A stretch of DNA of 32,000 nucleotides from Nostoc sp. KVJ3 (GTDB lineage: Bacteria; Cyanobacteriota; Cyanobacteriia; Cyanobacteriales; Nostocaceae). Under the pieces are notes generated by a model. It was not told the origin of the DNA, searched no databases, and saw only the letters and a list, made by a program, of their open reading frames with translations. Of the stretch, positions 25,399-32,000 are shown piece after piece. Each line of letters opens with the position of its first letter. Position 1 is the stretch's first letter. Position numbers and translations under genes: made by a program. The stretch is from NCBI RefSeq assembly GCF_026127265.1, contig NZ_WWFG01000002.1, positions 2,690,144-2,722,143 of the forward strand, written 5' to 3'.

Positions 25399-26598
25399 TC
25401 ACAATTCAATTACTGCCTTAACTTGCATATTGGTTAAGGTGGCAGCTTTTTGGCTGGAGGCTTCATCTAGTCGGATATGGACTTCTACTACTCTGTTGTC
25501 GATATTGCTGACGGGATCTGTGTTAATTACATTCTGCCGTCGCACTTGCAAGCTTTTGCGATCTACGATTCCCTGCAATTCAATGGGGAGGTAATCACCA
25601 AATACTCGCACTTGCTGACCGGAATGGACTTTGCCGATGTCGCTTTCGTAGACTTCGGCTATTACATACATCTGGCTGGTTTGTCCGATATCAGCAATGC
25701 CATCATTTGATACCAATTCGCCAGGATGGGTATGAATCTCAAATACCTGGCCATTTTGGGGCGATCGCACTTGGGCCTGTTTGAGATTGACTTTTGCTAA
25801 ATTCATGGCTGCTACAGCCCGATTGACTTCTGCTTTGGCTGCTTCTACATCCACTCCTCGCACTTCAGCAATTTCATCAAGGGTTGCTGTGGCTTCTTTT
25901 ACCTGCTGTTGGCTAGTTGATTGGCTACGATTTAACTGTGCTTGCGCTTCTTGGAGATTTTTCTGGGCAGTTTCCCAGTTTAAACGCTTACTATCCCGTT
26001 GGGAGGCGGAGATTGCACCCTGTTGATATAGTTGCTGATAGCGTTCGTCTTCTACTTGGGCGTTTTGCACTTCGGCTTGGAATCGCTCAATTGTGGCTGC
26101 TTGGGCATTAGTATTACCTTGACCTTCTGCTTCTAAACGAGCGATCGCAGCTTTTTGGGCGGCAATTACACCGCGTTTAGCCCCTGCTTGGGTACGATTT
26201 AGGTTTGCCTGGGCGACTTTCACTTGTTGCTGTGCCTCTTCTAATTCTGCTTGCAAGCGATCGCAGCTATTTAAAATTGCAATTACCTGTCCTGCTTTTA
26301 CCCTATCCCCCTCCTTCACTAACAACTTTTCTACCCGACTTCCTTCAGCAGATACCGCAGCAGAGAGTTTAATTACCTTTCCCTGTGGTTCAATCCGCCC
26401 TAAAGCTGTTACAGTTTTTAACTGTGGCAATTGTGTTGCTGGCACTTGTGTCTCTGAATTTGCATAATTTTGCCAGCGTTTTAATATATAAAAACTTATT
26501 CCGCCAACCAATAAAGATGCAATTATACCTATAGCAACGGATTGACGCAGAATAAACTTAGGGAACGTTCTATACCCTAGCTTTGAGTTTCGCACCAT
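25399..26598 (-). CDS. devB: DevB-family (HlyD-type) membrane fusion protein
   Basis: N-terminal TM anchor, a lipoyl-like motif (VKEGDRVKAGQVIAIL), a long Ala/Gln-rich coiled-coil hairpin, and a beta-barrel C-terminus. It is followed by devC and devA. Confidence 0.9.
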   Translation of the reverse strand: MVRNSKLGYRTFPKFILRQSVAIGIIASLLVGGISFYILKRWQNYANSETQVPATQLPQLKTVTALGRIEPQGKVIKLSAAVSAEGSRVEKLLVKEGDRVKAGQVIAILNSCDRLQAELEEAQQQVKVAQANLNRTQAGAKRGVIAAQKAAIARLEAEGQGNTNAQAATIERFQAEVQNAQVEDERYQQLYQQGAISASQRDSKRLNWETAQKNLQEAQAQLNRSQSTSQQQVKEATATLDEIAEVRGVDVEAAKAEVNRAVAAMNLAKVNLKQAQVRSPQNGQVFEIHTHPGELVSNDGIADIGQTSQMYVIAEVYESDIGKVHSGQQVRVFGDYLPIELQGIVDRKSLQVRRQNVINTDPVSNIDNRVVEVHIRLDEASSQKAATLTNMQVKAVIEL

Positions 26599-26851
26599 AG
26601 ATTACCTCTTAACTAGTGGCGCAGAAAAAAATAAATAGATTAATTTTTTCTCCTTACTTCTTTACTAACTTTTACTTCCTTTGTTAGTTATTGTTGATTT
26701 ATCGATTCAGAGTTCATAGAAAAAACCGAAATTATTGAGAATTTACTAACCTACTGTAATTTAGGTGAATAGGATAACAGTAAGTCACTCTCCAGCATTA
26801 AGAGACTTATGTTATTGATGAATTAGTTCTATTTTTGGAAAGTACTCAGGT

Positions 26852-26893
26852 ATAGTAGACGGTTTTAAAATCAAGGGTTGTAACAGTGCCAAC
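26852..26893 (-). promoter_or_regulatory. candidate NtcA-type promoter upstream of devB (weak)
   Basis: GTAACAGTGCCAAC (26880..26893) is GTA-N8-AAC, which reads GTT-N8-TAC on the devB strand. Exactly 22 nt downstream on the minus strand is TACTAT (plus-strand ATAGTA, 26852..26857). This matches the GTAN8TAC-N22-TAN3T layout of NtcA-activated promoters with one half-site mismatch. Confidence 0.2.
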
Positions 26894-27100
26894 AATCAGA
26901 GGTAAATTCAGTCAAAAGGATTTTTGTCATGAAAAACAAACAAATTACAATTAATAAAAAGTCTCTTTAACTTTGATAGTTTTATTATTTCTAATGATAT
27001 ATTTGACCACTAAAATTTATTTTTATAAATTTTCTTTTAAATTGACTAACCTATTTGTTACCAATAACTTTAATTGAAAGGGAGGTAATCAACTGCATCT

Positions 27101-27128
27101 ACAAAAATAAAACCCGCCGAGGCGGGTT
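27101..27128 (-). terminator. Rho-independent terminator of the first pentapeptide-repeat gene
   Basis: AACCCGCC (27111..27118) pairs with GGCGGGTT (27121..27128). On the minus strand the stem is followed by TTATTTTTGT. It lies 67 nt downstream of the stop at 27195. Confidence 0.65.
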
Positions 27129-27194
27129 AAAAAACCTTAATTTTCTCTTAATAGCCGAATTTTTGAAACCCCATCCCCTATTCCCTATTCCCTT

Positions 27195-28436
27195 TTATCG
27201 CCAGTGTTGGGGGATGTTCAAATTTTCCGGTAGGATTGTTGTGCGATCGCCAATAGCCTCTTCAATCTGCTGTAATTCTAGGTTTTCACATCCACTCAAG
27301 TTTGCCCTAGCAAGGTTGGCTTCTTGGAAGTTAGCGTCTTGCAGATTAGCTGTACTGAGTAACACACCTTCTAAGTTGGCTCCAGCAAGTTTTGCTCTTT
27401 GCAGGTTACTGCCAATCAGGTTTGCATCTTGGAGGTTGCTACCCTCTAAGTTTATTTCAAAGAGGTTGGCATCACAAAGGATTGCTCCTTCTAGATTGGC
27501 ATCACAAAGAATTGCCTCTGTCAAGTTAGCATCACAAAGGATTGCCCCTTCTAAGTTGGCATCATAAAGAATTGCCTTTGAGAGGTTTGCTTTTCTGAGG
27601 ACTACTCCTTGCAAATTGGCTTCTGGAAGGATTGCCTTTGAGAGATTTGCTTCATAGAAGATTGATCCACAAAGATCGGTTACTGATAAGTCTGCCTCTG
27701 AGAGATTTGCTCGTGTGAAATTAACCCATTGTAAGTTAGCTCCTACGAGGATTGCCCTAGAGAGGTTAGCTTCCGTTAAGTCTGCATTACTGAGGTCTGT
27801 ATTGCGTAAATCCAGTTTCTGATTTACCGGATCTTTATATGAATCGCGTCGTCCAATAACAGTTAAGGCTGTTTGAATATCTGTAGGGAGTTTTGATGAC
27901 TCTTGTAAATTGTTCTCATATTCATGATTCATCGGGGAATTCTCACGGATAAAAGCAGCGAGAATTTCCATAATTGTCCAATGGTCTTTGTGAGAATCCT
28001 TAGCAATTCGTTCTAAAGCATAAATGGCGGCAAATCGCGTTTCAATCTTTTCATTTCCCAGTTGTTCAATTGCTTTACAAAAACGTTCGGGAGCAATTTC
28101 TTCTGGAGTTGCTTGGGTGTTATTGATGCCAGTTCCGATATTCTTATCCCAAGCTAGTGTCCCAGCTAGGAGTTGCGTTAACAAACTCTGATTCTCATCT
28201 AGTGAAAGTTTGGAAGTATAGTAAGCATTAGTAATTAATGCCAATCCTCCAATGATGATGGCAAGAGTTGTTAATGCTTGATTAATATATTCTATTTTTT
28301 CTTGAGTTGAAAATCCTTCAATACTTTCAAATAACGAGAAAATGAGAGTTACTGATAAAATAAATATAATTGAAATAAATACTAACAAAGTCGTGATTCC
28401 ATTTGTCTTTATGAAAGATATGTCATAAGTCTTCAT
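27195..28436 (-). CDS. membrane-anchored pentapeptide-repeat protein (paralog 1)
   Basis: Two N-terminal TM helices. Conserved module ERFCKAIEQLGNEKIETRFAAIYALERIAKDSHKDHWTIMEILAAFIRENSP, then TDIQTALTVIGRR. About 36 A(D/N)LxX pentads follow, and the C-terminus is GDRTTILPENLNIPQHW. Confidence 0.9.
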   Translation of the reverse strand: MKTYDISFIKTNGITTLLVFISIIFILSVTLIFSLFESIEGFSTQEKIEYINQALTTLAIIIGGLALITNAYYTSKLSLDENQSLLTQLLAGTLAWDKNIGTGINNTQATPEEIAPERFCKAIEQLGNEKIETRFAAIYALERIAKDSHKDHWTIMEILAAFIRENSPMNHEYENNLQESSKLPTDIQTALTVIGRRDSYKDPVNQKLDLRNTDLSNADLTEANLSRAILVGANLQWVNFTRANLSEADLSVTDLCGSIFYEANLSKAILPEANLQGVVLRKANLSKAILYDANLEGAILCDANLTEAILCDANLEGAILCDANLFEINLEGSNLQDANLIGSNLQRAKLAGANLEGVLLSTANLQDANFQEANLARANLSGCENLELQQIEEAIGDRTTILPENLNIPQHWR

Positions 28437-28736
28437 ATCTGACTCCTTACGGAAATAAATTTAGGTTGATTTTAAGAGTATCTGTAAATATCTGATAGCG
28501 TACAAATACGGAAGTACTTGATAGGTACTTGAATCTACTTAATAGAAATCATCTATGAAATCCATAAGAATTTATTTTTCAAATATGTTGTGAACTAAGG
28601 CAATACGGTTCAGATAAGACTAAAATTCTCATCTAGCGGATAGTGCAGAGAAGTACAATTTCGCGTCTCTACAGCTTTATGGTTCTCCCAAAAATCCTTA
28701 ACCCAAGCGTATTGCTTTATAAAGTTGAAGAGCTTT

Positions 28737-29200
28737 TTAACAAACATCTAAGCACATCTGACTAAATTGGAAATCGCGGTAAGCAATTCCTCGTTCCGTT
28801 AGCATCGCTTGCGCTAGCTCTGTATCTAACACGCTATCTTCCAAAAGCAGGAAACGGAGGACATTCATTAGTCGCTCTCCTGTTGAGGATTAGGGGCTGG
28901 AGGTAGAGCGCCAACAGGAGGCTGATTAATCACTGCCCAAAACAGGCCAACACCCTTAATCGAATCGACAAAATCATGGTAATCCACTGGCTTAACAACA
29001 TAAGCATTTACCCCTAACTCATAGCATCGAACTAAATCCGGCGATATGGCGAAATGGTGCGCGCAAGCTGTTCGCTAATGTCACTGATTAATGCCGCATA
29101 CCCTTCAACGCTCCCCTGTTTATTAAATTGGGGAACACAAATAGCATGAATGTAGCGTGTACCACCATCTTTGGAGTTAAAAGGTTCAAGTTTGAGTATT
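28737..29200 (-). pseudogene. debris of two-component signalling genes (PAS fragment, receiver C-terminal fragment, receiver N-terminal fragment)
   Basis: My minus-strand translations give three fragments. 29041..~29195: LKLEPFNSKDGGTRYIHAICVPQFNKQGSVEGYAALISDISEQ, which is PAS-like. 28868..~29038: DLVRCYELGVNAYVVKPVDYHDFVDSIKGVGLFWAVINQPP...ESD*, the alpha4-beta5-alpha5 part of a CheY-like receiver. 28737..28868: MNVLRFLLLEDSVLDTELAQAMLTERG..., a receiver N-terminus that stops after 43 aa. The frames differ and none is a complete domain. Confidence 0.55.
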
Positions 29201-29218
29201 TAAGGGTGAAACTTTAGC

Positions 29219-30511
29219 TTACCAACATTCGGGGAATTGAAGATTTTCCGGTAGGATGGTTGTGCGATCGCCTTTTGCTAATTCAATCTGGTGTTGTTCT
29301 AGGTTTTTGACTCCCCTGAGTATTGCCCCTTGCAGGTTAGCTTCCCTGATGATTGCCTCTTGTAAGTTGGCTTCCGTGAGGTCTGCTCCCTGAAGATTGG
29401 CTCCCATAAGAAATGCCTTTTGTAAATTGGCTTTCTCAAAGAATGCCTCTCGTAAATTGGCTCTCATGAGAAATACTTCTTCTAGGTTGGCTTTCTCAAG
29501 GAATACCTCTCGTAAATTGCTTCCATTAAGGTTTGCCCCTCGCAAGTTGCTTTGCCTAAGGTTTGCTCCTTGCAGATTGGACTCTCTGAGAAATACCTCT
29601 TGCAGATTAGCTAGTATAAGGTCTGCTCCTTGCAGGTTGGCGAACTCAAGGTTTGCCTTTCGCAGATTGATGCCAATTAGTTTTGCTCCTTCAAGGTTAG
29701 CTTGCCTGAGGTTTGCCTCTTGCAGGTTAGCACCAAAGATATCTGCCCCTTGGAGATTGGCTTTGGTGAGTTCTGCCCCTTGTAGGTTGGCTTCCCTGAG
29801 GTCTGCCTTTTGCAATTTGGCTTCCCTAAGGTCTGCTCCTCTAATATCGATATTACATAAATCTAGTCTCTGATTTTCTGGGTCATTCTCAGACTTGCGC
29901 CGTCCAATTACGGTAAGGGCTGCTTGAATATCCGTCTGAAGTTTTGGTTCTTGCTCTATCTCCTTTGGTTTTTGATAATTCCAAGTATTGACTATTATTA
30001 ATGAGTCTGAATTTCCTGTATTTTTCTCGGAAAAATCCATCAAAGGTGCATTCTCTCGCACAAAAGCCGTCAGGACTTCCATGATTGTCCAGTGATCATC
30101 TTTGGAATCTTTGGCGATTCGTTCTAGAGTATAAATTGCACCTAATCGCACTTCAATCTTTTCATTCCCAAGCTGTTCAATCGCCTTCGCAAAGCGTTCT
30201 GTGATTTGCTTGTCTTGTGCTGCTTCTGCATTTCTTAAAGCAGCTTCAGCACTTTTATTGGCAGCCTCAGCACTTTTATCCATAGCTTCCGCACGTTTGG
30301 CTGCATAGTAAGCATTGATAAACACTGCAATTGCGCCGAAAATTGTCGCAGTAGTTTTTAGCGCTTCCGTTTCATTTTTTACTCGTTCATCTATTAGAGG
30401 TATATGCCAGACAAAGCAACCGACTATAACGGATGAAATAATAAACAATACAATAAATAAAATTAGAACTATAAACGAATTTCTGGGTGTGTCTGTCTTG
30501 TTATCAGACAT
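29219..30511 (-). CDS. membrane-anchored pentapeptide-repeat protein (paralog 2)
   Basis: It has the same architecture as paralog 1: two TM helices, an Ala/Glu/Lys coiled segment, ERFAKAIEQLGNEKIEVRLGAIYTLERIAKDSKDDHWTIMEVLTAFVRENAP, TDIQAALTVIGRR, about 38 pentads, and GDRTTILPENLQFPECW. Confidence 0.9.
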   Translation of the reverse strand: MSDNKTDTPRNSFIVLILFIVLFIISSVIVGCFVWHIPLIDERVKNETEALKTTATIFGAIAVFINAYYAAKRAEAMDKSAEAANKSAEAALRNAEAAQDKQITERFAKAIEQLGNEKIEVRLGAIYTLERIAKDSKDDHWTIMEVLTAFVRENAPLMDFSEKNTGNSDSLIIVNTWNYQKPKEIEQEPKLQTDIQAALTVIGRRKSENDPENQRLDLCNIDIRGADLREAKLQKADLREANLQGAELTKANLQGADIFGANLQEANLRQANLEGAKLIGINLRKANLEFANLQGADLILANLQEVFLRESNLQGANLRQSNLRGANLNGSNLREVFLEKANLEEVFLMRANLREAFFEKANLQKAFLMGANLQGADLTEANLQEAIIREANLQGAILRGVKNLEQHQIELAKGDRTTILPENLQFPECW

Positions 30512-30623
30512 AAATTAAATTTCTTCCTCATCTCCCAAATTACTACGGAGACTTTTGGTAAAAACTATAGCATTAAGTGAAAACGGTAGAATACGCCCAA
30601 ATAACTAATGATGCTGTGATAAC

Positions 30624-32000
30624 TTAACCTGATTGTCGCCAATCTGTCGGTGCTTCGATATAATCAGGTAGACGAGTGGTGCGATCGCCAAGTGCCTTTC
30701 TAATCTGGTGCAACTCTAAGTTTTTAGCCCCTGTTAAAATTGTCCCTTCCAGTTTGACATCACTGAGGTCAGCTTCTAAAAAGTTAGCTCCCATCAGGTT
30801 AGCCTGAGTCAGGTTAGCTTGATAAAAGGTCGCTCTATGCAGGTTAGCTCCAATCAGGTTAGCCTGATGCAGGTCAGCTTCCGTTAAACTGGCTTCTGAA
30901 AGATTGGCAAAATAGATTTCTGTTTGGTGGAGTTTGGCTGCATTCAAGTTAGCCCCAGAAAGGTTTGCTCCATTTAGGTTAGCCCCTGAGAGGTTAGCAC
31001 CAATCAAACCCGCTAGATGGAGGTTGGCTTTCCCCAGTTTTGCACCTTGCAAGTTAGCTAAAAACAGCTTTGCTCCAGACAGGTTGGCGACTTTCAAGGT
31101 CGCTTGTTGCAAGTTAGCTTTATAAAGGTTTGCTCCTTGGAGATTAGCTATACGCAGACTTGCTCCAGAGAGATTAGCTGAACGCAGGTTCGCCCCAGAG
31201 AGATTAGCCCGGTTGAGATTAGCCCAACACAGATTAGCTCCACAGAGGCTAGCGTTTAGTAACTTGGTTTCATAGAGAATAGACCTGACGAGTTTAGCGC
31301 CATTAAGGTCAGCCTCGCTCAAGTCGGCTCCCCGCAGGTCAGCCCCACTCAGGTCAGAACCACGTAAATCCGCTTGTTGCAGGTTAACTCCTAGTAGGTC
31401 TGCTCGTCTGATGTCGATATGACGTAAATCAAGTTTCTGGTCTTTTGGGTCTTCCAGTAAATTCCGCCTACCGATGACAGTTAGGGCTGCTTGAATATCG
31501 GTGCGGATTATTGGCAATTCTTCATTGAGGTTTTGCTCCAATGGCTGTGTCGGACGCGACCCACCTCTACGCCTACCTGAGTAAGCATCTGGTGAATATT
31601 CCGGCTTTTGTTGCTCTATCTTCATCGGCTGGATAGGTGCATTTTCACGCACAAAGGCAGTGACGATTTCCATGATTGTCCAGTGTTCTTTCGGAAAATC
31701 CTGAGCAACTCTTTCTAATGCATAAATTGCACCTGTTCGGGTTTCAATTTTATCATGACCAAGTTGGGCAATTGCCCCCATAAAACGTTCTGAAGTTAAT
31801 CTGTCTTGATTCAGTTTGGCATTCTGAATGCCAATTTCGAGGTTTTTCTCGGCTGCGATCGCATTTTTATGCATCGCCTGGGCCCGCTTTGCTGCATAAT
31901 ATGTATTAAAGATTGCTGCCGATGCCAGAAAAACTATTGCAGTAGTTGTTAAAGCTTGGTTTCTATACTGAATTTTTTCCTGAATTGACAATTCTTTAAT
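30624..32000 (-). CDS. membrane-anchored pentapeptide-repeat protein (paralog 3), 5' end probably outside window
   Basis: It has the same module (ERFMGAIAQLGHDKIETRTGAIYALERVAQDFPKEHWTIMEIVTAFVRENAP, TDIQAALTVIGRR, about 48 pentads, GDRTTRLPDYIEAPTDW). The frame stays open to the window edge (..IKE before the TTG used by the ORF track). Only the second TM helix is present, so the first TM is expected upstream. Confidence 0.85.
   Translation of the reverse strand: MKELSIQEKIQYRNQALTTTAIVFLASAAIFNTYYAAKRAQAMHKNAIAAEKNLEIGIQNAKLNQDRLTSERFMGAIAQLGHDKIETRTGAIYALERVAQDFPKEHWTIMEIVTAFVRENAPIQPMKIEQQKPEYSPDAYSGRRRGGSRPTQPLEQNLNEELPIIRTDIQAALTVIGRRNLLEDPKDQKLDLRHIDIRRADLLGVNLQQADLRGSDLSGADLRGADLSEADLNGAKLVRSILYETKLLNASLCGANLCWANLNRANLSGANLRSANLSGASLRIANLQGANLYKANLQQATLKVANLSGAKLFLANLQGAKLGKANLHLAGLIGANLSGANLNGANLSGANLNAAKLHQTEIYFANLSEASLTEADLHQANLIGANLHRATFYQANLTQANLMGANFLEADLSDVKLEGTILTGAKNLELHQIRKALGDRTTRLPDYIEAPTDWRQSG

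Noticed and set aside
24051-26111. Plus-strand ORFs 24051..24233, 25319..25594, 25477..25710, 25781..26026 and 25917..26111
   Set aside because: They are antisense to devA, devC and devB, whose products carry full family motifs.
27055-27567. Plus-strand ORFs 27055..27567, 29397..29873, 30315..30518 and 30934..31125, with (R/K)LA(S/P)xR pentad-like repeats
   Set aside because: They are antisense read-through of pentapeptide-repeat coding DNA. The 15-nt periodicity keeps the opposite strand open as well. They have no independent start or RBS, and the minus-strand genes have complete conserved N- and C-terminal modules.

Overview
This window looks like a Nostocales-type (Nostoc/Anabaena-like) cyanobacterial chromosome segment. 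The taxonomic call rests on many HIP1 octamers (GCGATCGC), heptamer STRR-like tandem repeats, and at least six nested small dispersed repeats built on GTCATTGCGAGCG...CGCTCGCAATGAC hairpins.

Gene content, left to right:
- Two paralogous filamentous-haemagglutinin-like (TPS-domain) exoprotein genes, the first truncated by the window edge, with a small Cys-tailed ORF between them.
- A conserved hypothetical gene, then moaA and rpsD.
- A secreted Cys-repeat protein.
- An AT-rich orphan gene of 469 aa, boxed in by repeats.
- A split MprF-like aminoacyl-phosphatidylglycerol locus: a synthase gene, two exported esterase paralogs, and a separate LPG-synthase-TM gene.
- A secreted tandem Tudor/SH3-like protein, followed by about 1 kb of MITE/SDR-rich non-coding DNA.
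- An NLR-like NB-ARC-TPR STAND gene. Its N-terminal module is a separate ORF in the same frame, cut off by a single TGA.
- A 21-bp tandem repeat array.
- parDE, a HicB-like gene that overlaps a Uma2 nuclease gene head-to-head, and a devBCA-type ABC exporter operon.
- Three tandem membrane-anchored pentapeptide-repeat paralogs, with debris of two-component signalling genes between the first and second.

No rRNA, tRNA or CRISPR array was recognised.

The best candidates for something new are:
1. The UGA-split effector-module/NLR pair and the conflict island around it.
2. The pentapeptide-repeat trio, which shares a conserved non-repeat module.
3. The AT-rich orphan gene.
4. The MprF-esterase module.

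All homology statements come from motif recognition by eye. No database search was run.
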